Made by a program: the position numbers and the translations under genes
Assembly: GCA_964270895.1 (NCBI GenBank)
Contig: OZ185435.1
Length of the DNA stretch: 64,000 nucleotides
From: Podarcis filfolensis
Taxonomy: Eukaryota
Strand: one strand, 5' to 3'
In this document: positions 42,004-53,690 of the stretch, piece by piece
How positions within the stretch are numbered: position 1 is the stretch's first letter
How the letters are laid out: the number at the start of each line of letters is the position of its first letter
The notes under the pieces: model-generated
The model's database searches: none
What the model saw: only the letters and a program-made list of their open reading frames with translations
Told to the model about the DNA's origin: nothing

Positions 42004-44194
42004 GTAATGTGGGCCAGGCTGATATTCTGTATTTGCCAAATACAGACGATTTCAGAAGCTACAATTTTCACGCAGCCCAAACCTGTGTTCAGTGGGACTT
42101 AACTTCCAGGTATTACATACACAGGATTGCAGCCTTGATTATAAAACCAATTATCTGTGATTCCTTCCTTCTGGTAATCTCAAAACACAGTGCTTTAGCA
42201 TACTTGACTGATAGTTGGATCTGTGCTACAAACACACAAAGACTTTGCGCTGTACAAAAACAACTCCGGGTCTGTTTTGGAACTGTTTTGGAATTGAAAT
42301 AGCTTTCGGCACACATTCACTACCTATTTATTTACTATTTGATTTTTTAAAAACTGAATATTTGAGTAAAATATTTATATACTACTAAAGGCACAATGTT
42401 GAGGGGGCTCACTTCAGATACTGCAATGCAATGTATAACTGCTACTGCATTCTGCAGTTATGGAGCACCAAAGATTTCTTAGGCTTGGGTATACAGGCAA
42501 TGGTTTTTGAAAGACTTTAGGTCAGTAGTCATCACTGTATGTAGGATTATTCTTCTTCTTGTGTTTGTGCGTTCCCTGTTGAAGTGGTCAAGCTACAAAG
42601 TTCTGACGCACTACAAGAAACACGTTTGATGCCATAAAAATGTAGCAAGCAAAACAAAAATAATGAATATGTATTCTGCTGGGAACTATAGGCTTGTTCA
42701 TAAATTTTGTCTGTTCATTCTCAATGTGGTATTAGACTTGGGTGTGCAGTATAGGTATCTGCAGGTGAAGAGAATTCTCCCTGGCCACCAGACCAACTCC
42801 TCTCCCCCAAGAGAAAATAAGGAATGTTTAAAATACCAAGAAAAGTCAGTTTGAGGTGTCCCGTAGAAAATAATGAGTGAATAGACTCATTTTGAAATAA
42901 ATTCTCCCCAAGCCCTGCAGTTGTAGGGTTCACCCCCCAATAGCTTATAGTGATTCTATCTAATAAAGCCATTCCCAAACCCATATGTGAGCAGAAATGT
43001 AGCTATCTTTTGAAATTTGCACTCCTCCGAAATACTAAAGTTCAAAAGTGGGTATATGAAGGAAAAGTATACACAGTATGTGTATTAGTGAAAAGAATGC
43101 AAAAAACATGCAATATAACTAGCAGAGCTGTTGATATTAGGTGAAATTTCATACAAAATGTGTATAGCTGAAGAAATACTCATGGATATCTATATAAAAT
43201 TTTGTGCAGATGTTTTTAGAACAACCCACGAGTGCAGAAATGGAGTTAGCTGAATTTAAGGTTGGAAAAATGAGATGCAGAGAAACAAACGGACAGATTA
43301 ATCCAACTTTATGTACAGCCTAATAGAACCTTCCGCTTGAAGGACACTTAGTACATCAAAGGACTAGATCAAGTACTGTACCCTCTTCCAACTTTTCCTT
43401 CAAGAAAACAGTTGAGTTGGATATGATACAAGTAGCTTCCAGACCTTAAAACCTACTGTATTCCTGGAAATTGAAGAAACCATCTTCACTTCCTCTAAAT
43501 TAGAAGACTCTAATTTAACACTAGCTAAGCCAGCGAGAGCTTTCTTGATGATAGGAATAATTTCAGCAACATGATGCAGGCAATAAACATGTTATGGTGT
43601 CTATAAGAATCTGCAGTGCCTCTTTTTTGAAGTCTGATATAGCACACTATGTTTATATATATATTTGCTTTTGCACTGTTGAAATGTTTTATATTGACTA
43701 ATAAGGAAATGATATCATTTGTAATCCAGGCACGTATGAAAATGTAAATGGAAAGTATTTTCAGTACTTAGGAAAGCTCAACCTTGGGTTTTTTGTTGTT
43801 GTTTTTTTTGTTTTCTCCTAAAAACTGCTGTGCTGTGTGAACTCTGTGCCAAAAGTACTGCAGTGTGTAAACAGAATATCTAATTTTTATGGAATGTGAA
43901 ATGTTACACTCTTGCATGGTGAGACCTTTAGTAATTAGTCTCTCCCACCCCCACAAGACACTACTATATGATGGCTTGCTCCAGTCACATAATGGATTTG
44001 CTTGTCTAGTTATTAACAATGCATTTTGGGGGAAGGGAAAATTTGGTGTCATAAATCTTATTTTGTTGTGAATTGTTTTCCTTCTCTTTGTCTTCATTCT
44101 GACTTTGCAATAAACATTTTGACAGGAAGAAAATCTGTGGTCCCGTATAAAAATATTAGGGGTTAGATGAGGGACATGATGTGTATATGCCAGC

Positions 44195-44457
44195 TACCGT
44201 ATTTTTTGCTCTATAAGATGCACCAGACCACAAGACGCACCTAGTTTTTAGAGGAGGAAAACAAGAAAGAAAAAAATTCTGAATCTCAGAAGCCAGAACA
44301 GCAAGAGGGATCGCTGCACAGTGAAAGCAGCAATCCCTCTTGCTGTTCTGGCTTCTGGGATAGCTGTGCAGGCTGTATTCACTCCATAAGACGCACACAC
44401 ATTTCCCCTTACTTTTTAGGAGGGAAAAAGTAGTCTTATAGAGCAAAAAATACGGTA
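44195..44457. mobile_element. Tc2-like MITE with internal palindrome
   Basis: TA|CCGTATTTTTTGCTCTATAAGA ... TCTTATAGAGCAAAAAATACGG|TA: near-perfect TIRs with TA TSD. Confidence 0.88.
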
Positions 44458-45746
44458 TTTCACACATGGCTTCTCCATTTTGGCTTCGTTTCTGTTAAAT
44501 AACTCACGGCACAGTGTAATATGTCATGCGTTGTTGTTCATCTGAGGTTGTATTTACCTAATTTTAAGACCTGCTAAGGAACAGGTGATTGCTATTATGT
44601 CCTGGTATGTAAAACCACAGATTTCAAAGAGGGTGTACTTGATTTTTCCCACGACTGCACATACATATATACATCCTTTTATTTGCATGCCTCCTTTCTG
44701 TAGTGCAAACCATGCTCAAGGTAGCTTGCAACGTGGAAAAAAACGACAAAAGTAGTCATAAAGATAAATAAAACATCAAAAAGTACACAACTAACTTGAA
44801 CAATGTTCACATAAAGAAGATCTAAATAAATAAGATCTAAGATAAAGATACAAAAAATAATATCAATAGTGGCAGCAACCCCCCCCTCCACACCAAACCC
44901 CCTTAAACAACACCCCAGACCAAGTCTGTTCAGCAGCCTTCGCTTTTGTTGCTGGAGTCAAGTTACAAGACCAAGTAGAAAAGGGCATGCAAGTCGGAGA
45001 ACAGGTCTTCCAGGACTCACAACCAAGATGGCCCATGCAATGTTGGTTCCACGCTTAGGAACTAAGTCCTAAGGAGAGTGTAAAACATAGAAGACTGGGA
45101 TGCAGGGCGTCGATTGGTGGTGAATTCATGTGGAAATAATTTTTTATGGGGTGAAAAAATTGTGGTTTTGCCCTTGGGTATGGCACCATTGCTCTACAAT
45201 CTCACACCCAACAAGGTCTCTTTGGGATAGTGTTTGATTAGTTGCATGTGGATTATCGCTTGGACCGAATGAAACCGCAACTAGTAGAACATGGCAAGTT
45301 GGAGTTCCACAAACTGTTGCAACATATCCCCCTGTTCAGGATTTCAGGCATGTCCTCCAATATAATATAAGCTGCTAGGAGCTCAAGCAGGTGATCCCGT
45401 TCTCCTCCTCCTGTTTCTTTTTCTTCTTCTAGTCAAACTCGAGATTCCATAACTCGCTGAGCATATTTAGCGCCCAGTGAACTGGGTTAGGGGGAAAGGG
45501 GTTCCTCTCTATTTACAAACTTGTATACTTTGGCCTACATGGGAGTTCATCGATTATCTAGAAATAACTTCCTCCTTTTATCAATGGAGTTGTGCTTCGA
45601 AACTGATTTAATTTAATTTGATTTAATTTATTAAATTTTATGCCACCCTCCACCTGAGGATCGCAGGGTGGTTTACGATATGAAAACACAAAAATATACA
45701 ACACAGTAACAAATGAAAGCAATACCCCCCCCCAGTTTAAAGAACC

Positions 45747-46069
45747 GTAAAGGTAAAGGGACCCCTGACCATTAGGTCCAGTCGTGACCGACTCTGGGGT
45801 TGTGGCGCTCATCTCGCTTTATTGGCCGAGGGAGACGGCGTACAGCTTCCAGGTCATGTGGTCAGCATGACGAAGCCTCTTCTGGCGAACCAGAGCAGCG
45901 CACGGAAACGCTGTTTACCTTCCTGCCGGAGCGGTACCTATTTATCTACTTGCATTTTGACGTGCTTTCAAACTGCTAGGTTGGCAGGCGCAGGGACTGA
46001 GCTCACCCCGTTGTGGGGATTCGAACTGCCGACCTGATCGGCAAGTCCTAGGCTCTGTGGTTCAACCCA
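45747..46069 (-). mobile_element. Sauria SINE, different subfamily, slightly 5'-truncated
   Basis: GTAAAGGTAAAGGGACCCCTGACCATTAGGTCCAGTC ... GGGGATTCGAACTGCCGACC: the reverse complement of the standard element. Confidence 0.9.
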
Positions 46070-46267
46070 AATATTGTTATGAATATCTTCCTATGAAGCA
46101 TATGATTTCATAATATAGTAAAGAGCATATATAAAGCAGATGCATATATAATGTCAATTAAAAACAAACGCAAATGTTTTTAAAACTCCAATGCAGATAC
46201 TGGCTGTGATAGAAGGTTGGTTGAAAAATGAACGGATCGGCACTCAGCCATTCAGCATTTGCTATTA

Positions 46268-46521
46268 CAGGAGTCAGCAAACTTTCTCAGCAGGGGGCCG
46301 GCCCACTGTCCCTCAGACCTTGGGGGGGGGGGCGGACTATATTTTGGGGGGGAAATAATGAACAAATTCCTATGCCCCACAAATAACCCCGGGATGCATT
46401 TTAAATAAAAGGACACATTCTACTCATGTAAAAACACGCTGATTCCCAGACCGTCCGTGGACCGGATTTAGAAGGCGATTGGGCCAGATCCATCCCCCTG
46501 GCTTTAGTTTGCCTACCCATG
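46268..46521. mobile_element. hAT/Charlie-like MITE
   Basis: CAGGAGTCAGCAAACT ... AGTTTGCCTACCCATG termini. Homologous to the reverse copy at 54141-54390. No TSD match. Confidence 0.7.
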
Positions 46522-47073
46522 ACATATATAGAAGGTGAACCTGCCACACAACCCTTTTCCTGTTCAGAGTTCCAGCCAACCATCCTTTGTGCTCCATTCC
46601 ATTCCTCTGATTTTCAATTGTTTTTCCACACATACCCTACAACTGTCAATCAACCTTTTGTGTCTAGTGAGCATGCTCGGTGCTCTTTGGCTATTCCAGA
46701 TCCCTCGCCCAAGCATTTTCAGTACCTATTTAGTACCATTTTTCTCCCTTTTGCAAAAGTTAAGAGTTCTCCCAAGCCTGCTGTTTTTTGCATCCTGTGT
46801 GGGGGCGATTTCATTGTGGCTGCAAAAGACTCCACCCTTGGAGTTTGATATATAGGAGAAACAAACACTTGGATAATGGGTGGTGCTGGCAACTTTAGTT
46901 CGGTTAGCATGAGTTAGTTTATTGCCAGGGAACTTAAGAAGAAGTTCATATCAGATATCAGATAAGAAAGCCTTAACCTGCTGAGATCCAGTTAGATTTC
47001 CTACAACTTCACCTTCCAAGCATCAAACTACACTAGGACGTCCTGGTCTCATCCATTCAATTGCTAAAGTAGA

Positions 47074-47539
47074 TACCGTACTTTCCAGTGTAAAAGACAA
47101 TGTTTTTTCTTCAAAAATCATGCTAAAAAGTGGGGGTCGTCTTATACATGGGTAGTGCATAGGGTGGACGTTTGATTGGTTGCTGCGTCTGTCAGCGGCT
47201 ATTGTGCATGCTATTGTGCTCGTTTAATCTCACTGCAAACAAGTGGTACAGTGACAATAAAATATTTCTATTTCTATTTCTATTGGTTGCTGCGTTAATG
47301 GGTGGTGTTGATTGGCTGATGCTCCAGCAATTGGGCGGGCAATTGGCAGCTTCCGCCATTGAAGGGACAGACAGGAGGCGGATTTTGCGACGCATGTGGG
47401 TTAGTGATTTTCGACAATCCCCCCTAAAAAAGGTCAACAACTCTGTGCCATCTTCCCCCCATTTTCTTAAATTTGAGTCCTCCCCCCAATAGGGGGCATC
47501 TTATACATGGGGGCGCCTTATAGACGGAAAAGTGTGGTA
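47074..47539. mobile_element. Non-autonomous Tc2/pogo-like DNA transposon, same family as 45-439
   Basis: TA|CCGTACTTTCCAGTG ... TAGACGGAAAAGTGTGG|TA. Shares internal blocks with the first copy (caacaactctg, ccattttcttaa, ggggcgtcttataca-like). Confidence 0.8.
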
Positions 47540-48105
47540 ATGCTTTTCAAATCTGGGAATCCAATTTGGATGTTTGTTGATTTTGAAATGGTATTCTTCC
47601 ATCACTGTGGTTTGTCTCAACTGGCAATCAATTAAACATTTGTTACAATTTTTTGCAACTCCCAAATATTGAAATATGAATCTCGAACAGCCTAGTTGAC
47701 GCTAAGCTTACAAACCTAAAAGCAAGTTCGAATTATAATTCGTCATTTAATTAATTCGAAGTTGGTTTAGCTCTAGTTTTATTTCCTCATGCACCGGGAG
47801 CAGCAAGGGCTGAAATTCTGACTTAAAATAAAATAAAAACACTTCCCTGCTACCATAAACCAGCAGGAACGAGCAAAAACTGAGGTGAAATGGAAATGAC
47901 TTGACTGAATGGAGAACAGTTTAGCTTCACATCGAAATGTATTTATATCAGTCATATGCAAGTAAGGCAGACTGTCCGTATTAATTTTCTCGGAGGAAAA
48001 AAAAGGATCTGAATGCTAAATAAATAATCAACTTCTAAATGAAAATGGATGTCAAGAGTCACAAAAAAGAAAGAGTGCACCATTAAATTCATATTTCTTA
48101 CACAG

Positions 48106-48150
48106 TTGCTGCCTTCCTTTGATATCTGTGCTTGGACTGAAGAAGATGTG
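48106..48150 (+). CDS. MAP3K20: MAP3K20 alpha exon 12 (SAM start): LLPSFDICAWTEEDV
   Basis: CAG acceptor and GTAAGC donor. 45 nt, phase 0 after exon 11. Confidence 0.95.
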
Positions 48151-48299
48151 GTAAGCAGCCTTTTATTAATTAAAACATCCTTTTTTTGTTTGTCTAAGAA
48201 TTCTTTCTTTAAGTAGAGCACTCAGGGCTAAGCAATAAACCTGCAGCTGCGTGAAATAGCAACCAATGGCTGCTTCTCCCTTGTAGTTTAAGAGGAGAA

Positions 48300-48947
48300 T
48301 ACAGTGGTACCTTGGTACCACTTAATCTGTTACTTAATCTGTTCTGGAAGTCTGTTCCAAAACCAAAGCGTTCCAAAACCAAGGTGCGCTTTCCCATAGA
48401 AAGTAATGCAAAATAAATTAATCCGTTCCAGACGTTTAAAAACAACCCCTAAAACAGCAATTTAACATGAATTTTACTATAATGAGACCATTGATCCATA
48501 AAATGAAAGCAATAATCAATGTACTGCACTATAAAATAAATAAGAAAGAATTATAGATGATACAAATTAAAGTTATTATTTTTTCTCACCTGCATTGATG
48601 ATAGTCATTGTTTGGATGGGGGCTTTTATCCATTTCTGCAGTCACACAATCAACTAATCAGTAGCTGAACTGGGTTCTACATAGTCACAAAAACAAATTA
48701 ACCGGAAAAGCCTCAAAAACAAAAACGCAAAATGAATTGCAAAAACAAAAGCGCCAAACTTAATTCGTTCTGGAAGTCCAATTGACTTCTGAAATGTTCG
48801 AAAATCAAGGCTCAGCTTCTGGTCGGTGCAGGTGCCCCGGAAACAATAGCCGATAGCCGCATCGGACATTCGGCTTCCGAAAAATGTTCAAAAACTGGAA
48901 CACTTACTTCCGGGTTTTTGGCGTTTGAGAACCAAGGTACCACTGTA
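48300..48947. mobile_element. Longer Tigger/pogo-like non-autonomous element related to family A
   Basis: TA|CAGTGGTACCTTGG ... CCAAGGTACCACTG|TA. The right third is homologous to family A. AT-rich interior. Confidence 0.82.
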
Positions 48948-49181
48948 TTGTAGTGGAGAACTGACCAGGCAAAGTCGAGCTTAAGCTGGGCACTTTCCCC
49001 TGGAAATTCCCTCCCCATGCTCAAGTAAGGTGTGGTTCCAAGCTCATGTTACTAGGTAAACACAGGTTCAGGGGGGAGGAAGGGGGAGGAAGTCCCGTTG
49101 CGCAAATGGACCTCATTCCGGTTGTGCAACTATGTCATTGACTACGGCTTAAAATAATAAATCTGTGTTATTTCTTCACAG

Positions 49182-49212
49182 TACTTTTGGATGCAGCAGC
49201 TTGTTACGAAAG
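49182..49212 (+). CDS. MAP3K20: MAP3K20 alpha exon 13: YFWMQQLVTK(G)
   Basis: CAG acceptor and GTAAGT donor. 31 nt. Confidence 0.93.
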
Positions 49213-49289
49213 GTAAGTCTCCTGTATTTGGTTGACTTTTTCTTTGTCTCTATTGATCCGTTTTCTAAACAGTTTCCTCTTTTCTTAAG

Positions 49290-49429
49290 GTGACACTTCA
49301 GGTGAGATGAGTATTTATGCTACTTTATTTAAGGAGCATCACATCACTGGGAAACGACTGCTACTTCTGGATGAAGAGGACATGAAGGACATGGGGATTG
49401 TTTCTAAAGGCCATATGATTCATTTGAAG
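49290..49429 (+). CDS. MAP3K20: MAP3K20 alpha exon 14 (SAM): (G)DTSGEMSIYATLFKEHHITGKRLLLLDEEDMKDMGIVSKGHMIHLK
   Basis: AAG acceptor after a 77-nt intron, GTAC donor. 140 nt. SAM motif ITGKRLLLL..ED.KDMGI..KGH. Confidence 0.97.
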
Positions 49430-49656
49430 GTACTTAAAAATGCCTTGGATGAAAATGGGACTGTTGAGGAAGGAGTCCATTCTTGTGTGGGGTGGTGGTG
49501 GAGATCTTTTTTAAAATCCTTTTGTGGGGATGAACCATGTAGGAGACCTGCATTTTACTGTGTTGTTTGAATGGATATTTTGTTACAAATCGTACAAAAT
49601 ATCATTTTGTAAAATTGCTTTGGGACTTGCTGGTTGTGGGAAATGATCAACATATT

Positions 49657-49914
49657 TGTTATGTACTGAAGTTCTCACCCTGGGCCAGCAGAGGGATACT
49701 GTAGATATTTCAGGTCCACATATGCAAATAAGGGATCAGAAGTGACGTTCAGTGATTGGATAGTTATAGAAAGTTGTTACAGTTACGTTGTACTGGAGCT
49801 CTCTATAAGCAGGCTGGCTGAACCCTTCAGTTCAGTTCTGTTCTGACCTGTGAATAAACAAGAGCTGTTTGGAGAATTGCTGTGTCGTCTGATATGCTCA
49901 CCCACAACTTAACA
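49657..49914 (+). mobile_element. Solo LTR
   Basis: TGTTA...TAACA termini. Perfect 5-bp TSD atatt at 49652-49656 and 49915-49919. TATAA at 49804 and AATAAA at 49853. Confidence 0.85.
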
Positions 49915-50160
49915 ATATTTAACAGACTCATTGCCTATTTTATGTATTGAAAAAATAAAGGCCCTACAATTCAGGGCGAAGGGAGCTCTGCCCCTAGAAA
50001 CAAGAATGAAAGCAAACCAGAATAATTTTTCATGGAATGCTGCTCCACCTGGTTCAACGTCTCTTAATGAAAAAATTGAATCCATAGGTCTTTAAATTGT
50101 GCAGTTTTGTGTGACGTAGACTCTGGTTTATTCTTATTTCCCCTCTTTTTTTACTCTTAG

Positions 50161-50223
50161 ACTGCCATTGAGAAATTGAGTCAGGACCACATCAATATGT
50201 TCCATTTTCCACCTCTGATTAAG
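50161..50223 (+). CDS. MAP3K20: MAP3K20 alpha exon 15: TAIEKLSQDHINMFHFPPLIK
   Basis: Polypyrimidine tract, TAG acceptor, GTAACC donor. 63 nt. Confidence 0.96.
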
Positions 50224-50404
50224 GTAACCACGATTGTATTTAGAAAGTAAAATATAATGAGTTGACACCTGGGAAAGAAATCTTGGTGCTATTGACCTCC
50301 ATAATCTCGCATTATATATATTTGGTTCAGATATAGTTCTCTTGAGGTGCTAAGCCCATGTTGGGCCTGTACTACTTCAGGCTCTGTAAGCAGAGCTAAC
50401 ATTC

Positions 50405-50512
50405 CCTGTATAGGGAAGTGTTTTAAGGTGTAATGTTTTATTATGCTTTTATATATGCTGGAAGCTGCCCAGAGTGGCTGGGGCAACCCAGTCAGATGGG
50501 CGGGGTACAAAT

Positions 50513-50562
<50 letters not shown>
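50405..50562 (+). mobile_element. L2 3' end with (TAA)n tail
   Basis: gctgcccagagtggctggggcaacccagtcagatgggcggggta followed by (TAA)n; reverse complement of the 28499 tail. Confidence 0.8.
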
Positions 50563-50563
<1 letters not shown>

Positions 50564-51584
50564 TATTTATAAACTAGATGCCATAAAGAACGATCCTAGA
50601 CAAGTTAGTTTCCTGTGTGCATGGATTGTGTTTTAGGATGAAGTACAGCCCAAGATAAAGGTTTGCCATTTTATTGAGAACTAGGCCTTAGAAATGAGAC
50701 AATAAATATTCCGGAGCCAGATCTTTGCTTAGTTTCAGAAAGTGGTAGATTCATTGATACTCACAGTACTGAGGCGTAAAAGAAGGCAGGCTTAATGTAC
50801 TTCTAATAGTTCTGTAGAAAAGGAAATTTCAGTAGAAAACAATGCCTCTAGCACTGCCGTCTTAAAAATTGTCTTCATCTGTAGTTACTGGAGAACTCAC
50901 TCAATATTTGTATGTAGCTTCCAAAGGTTTCAGAGGTCAGACGTCTAAGGATAACCCAGCAAAACTTTGTAGAACTAAAAGGCAGTTAAACCCTTAAGAC
51001 AAAGTTAAAATCTTTCACTGGCAGAGAAGACGATGCTATCACATGTTCCCTTGTCTATTTTTGTTTGTTTGCTGTGCTGTTTTTTTTACCGGTAAGGTAT
51101 ATTTACTGGTATATTTGGGCATTTAGGACCACATGGCTGTAGTCTGAAGAGGCACTCTGAACCAGTTTACCGCAATCCACTTGTTCACAGTACTAATCAC
51201 TGCTAGTCTGCACAGACTAGCCCTGCCAGTGCAAATAACACAACTGCTTCATGCTGAAATAGTCACAGGTACCTTAAATTCCTCCTGTAGGAAATACCTC
51301 TTATTTGAGGAATTCCTTTTGCACATCCTGTTCTGCACTATCATCTCTGCTTGAGTGATGACTGGAAACTCGCCCGTAGTTTACAAGTTGAAGGAAACTG
51401 TTTCCCAAAATTGTACAATGCAAAATTACACTTGTTGTTTTCACACTGAAGGTTTAAGTAGGGTCAGAACTGTTTACAAAGATATTAAAAATGTTACAAT
51501 ATTTAACCCAGACTGTCAAATACCCTGAATTTAAACAAACTGAGATCTGAAACAAAAATGACTCATCCTTTCTTTCTGTGGTAG

Positions 51585-51677
51585 GATTCTGCAAGTGAAA
51601 ATGAGACAAGTGAAGAGAAAGTCGTGAACCTTGAACTCGTTTTTGGCTATCATTTAAAGCCTGGAAGTGGCCCTAAG
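51585..51677 (+). CDS. MAP3K20: MAP3K20 alpha exon 16: DSASENETSEEKVVNLELVFGYHLKPGSGPK
   Basis: TAG acceptor and GTAAAT donor. 93 nt. VNLELVFG.HLKPG is characteristic of ZAK-alpha. Confidence 0.96.
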
Positions 51678-51713
51678 GTAAATGAATAATTCGTAGCTGC
51701 TATTATTTGTTTT

Positions 51714-52343
51714 ATATGCCTGTTGTCTTTGTCCATGGAGTTTTCTTGGCAGGGATACTGGAGTGGCTTGCCGGTTCCTGCTCCAGGTGGATCATGTTTG
51801 GTCAAAACTCTCCACTCTGACCTGTCCATCTTGGGTGCCCTGCTCGGCATAGTTCATAGCTTCTCTGAGTTATTCAAGCCCCTTCGCCATGGCAAGGCAG
51901 TGATCCATGAAGGGGATGTATGGAAGTGAGAGCTGGACCATAAAGAAGGCTGGTCGCCGAAGAATTGATGCTTTTGAATTATGGTGCTGGAGGAGACTCT
52001 TGAGAGTCTCATGGACTGCAAGAAGTTCAAACCTATCCATTCTTAAGGAAATCAGCCCTGAGTGCTCACTGGAAGGACAGATCGTGAAGCTGAGGCTCCA
52101 GTACTTTGGCCACCTCATGAGAAGAGAAGACTCCCTGGAAAAGACCCTGATGTTGGGAAAGATGGAGGGCACAAGGAGAAAGGGACGACAGAGGACGAGA
52201 TGGTTGGACAGTGTTCTCGAAGCTACTAGCATGAGTTTGACCAAACTGCGGAAGGCAGTGGAAGACAGAAGTGCCTGGTGTGCTCTGGTCAATGGGGTCA
52301 CGAAGAGTCGGACACGACTAAATGACTAAACAAAAACAACAAC
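51714..52343 (+). mobile_element. RTE-BovB LINE insertion: inverted 5'-region piece (51714-51916) joined to the 3' end (51916-52343)
   Basis: ORF 51907..52329 (YGSESWTIKK..RRIDAFELWCWRRLLRV..KSRTRLND*) is the BovB RT C-terminus. (CAA)n tail. 12-bp TSD attatttgtttt at 51702-51713 and 52344-52355. Confidence 0.9.
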
Positions 52344-52647
52344 ATTATTTGTTTTCTTCACATAAAAATTTCCCTGCATATATTCACCCCAGGTGCCTCC
52401 AGATGGTTAATATTTGGGGTGATGAATTTAATCTCATAACAGGGAAACATAAGTTTGCGCAGTTGAAGTAGATCAAAGTGCTCTTTCCCCCTAGCAATAC
52501 AAATCCACCTTAAAAAAAGAAAATGGCTTTTGCTGTTAGGAAAGGAAGAGGAAATGCATTAAAAAGTGTGGAGTGAATGCATGATTAACAGGAAGATGTA
52601 AAAACGCCCCACAAGCAGTTCAGGATGAAGGCTCATTCTCATATAAT

Positions 52648-53099
52648 ATTTGGAGCTGTTCCATTTAGAAAAATGGCGAATAAGGAGGGCGTGGTATTGG
52701 CATACAATATTCTTGTTGGTGTGGGGAAAGTGGATAGAGAAAAGATTTTCTCCCTGTCTCATAATATAAAACTTGTGGACATTGAATGAAACTGAAGGTT
52801 GGAAGGTTGACGACAGACAAAAGGAAGCACACGACACACAGTGAAACTACGGGGTTCGTTCCCACAAGAGGTGGTGATGGCCACCAGCTTGGATGGCTTT
52901 AAAAGAGGATTAGACAAATTCACGGAGGATAAGGCTGTTTTCCAGCTCCACTGCTGGAGGCAGGTAGCCTCTGCATACCAGTTGCTGAGAGAGTGCTATT
53001 GTACTTCTGTTCCGCTTTTGGGATTCCCTTTGGGATCTTGCTGGGTAGAATGCTGAAGTAGATGAGCCTTTGGCAGGATCTTCTTATTTTCTTATGTTC
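52648..53099 (+). mobile_element. CR1 LINE 3' fragment (older subfamily)
   Basis: KVDREKIFSLSHN and PQEVVMATSLDGFKRGLDKFTEDKA are the CR1 ORF2 C-terminus, followed by a 3'UTR. Confidence 0.8.
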
Positions 53100-53204
53100 G
53101 CTTATCTGAAAACAGATCAGAATGAATTCTCAATGCAGACCAGATACGGTCCAACCTCAGTGTAAGCTTCGTGCCAGCAAATCAAGATGCATGCTCAATA
53201 GACA

Positions 53205-53690
53205 CGTTATCTGGCAGTTCCCTCCAGGGCCATCTTTAGCATAGCCGCCGGGGTGTGCAAAGATCTGCCCAGTGCCCCCAATTTGGGGGGGGCAGGTCAA
53301 AGTTGTTCAGCTTTTTTTTAGGGGCACAAGGTCTAAGTTGTTCAGCTTTTAAGGAGGGGAGCAACGAAAACCGCTAATATGAAAAATTAAAAAGCGGCAG
53401 CGATAGCTCCGTCTTCCGTTTTTGCAAAAATGAAAGGCACCAGTAGGGGGGGCACCAGATACATTGATTCTGCCCCACACCCCTGGGTACAGACAGCCCT
53501 GGTTCCCTCACCACAAGGTTATAGGGAACCAGGCAGAGGGCCTTCTCGGTAGTGGCACCCTCTCTGTGGAATACCCTCCCATTAGACGTCAAGGAAAGAA
53601 GCAACTATGCAACCTTAAGAAGGCAGTGCTGTGTAGGAAAGTTTTTAATGTTTAATTATTATTATTTTGTATATGCTGGAAGACGCCCAA
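53205..53690 (+). mobile_element. L2 3' fragment split by a hAT MITE
   Basis: ctggcagttccctc|...|accacaaggttatagggaaccaggcagagggccttctcggtagtggcaccc is continuous once the MITE is removed. Confidence 0.75.
53225..53501. mobile_element. hAT MITE nested in an L2 fragment
   Basis: TIRs CAGGGCCATCT / AGACAGCCCTG. 8-bp TSD gttccctc at 53217-53224 and 53502-53509. Confidence 0.88.

Larger units (their letters stand above)
39124..44135 (+). other. MAP3K20: Probable long ZAK-beta 3'UTR
   Basis: Follows the beta stop codon. AATAAA at 39128, 41123, 43582 and 44109. The AT/U-rich block at 43550-44130 looks like an mRNA end. The true 3' end cannot be fixed from sequence. Confidence 0.5.

Noticed and set aside
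43743-43765. TGTAAATGGAAAGTA reads CKWKV, like the next alpha exon (DCKWKMY)
   Set aside because: Wrong position (upstream of exon 12), no acceptor and no continued similarity.
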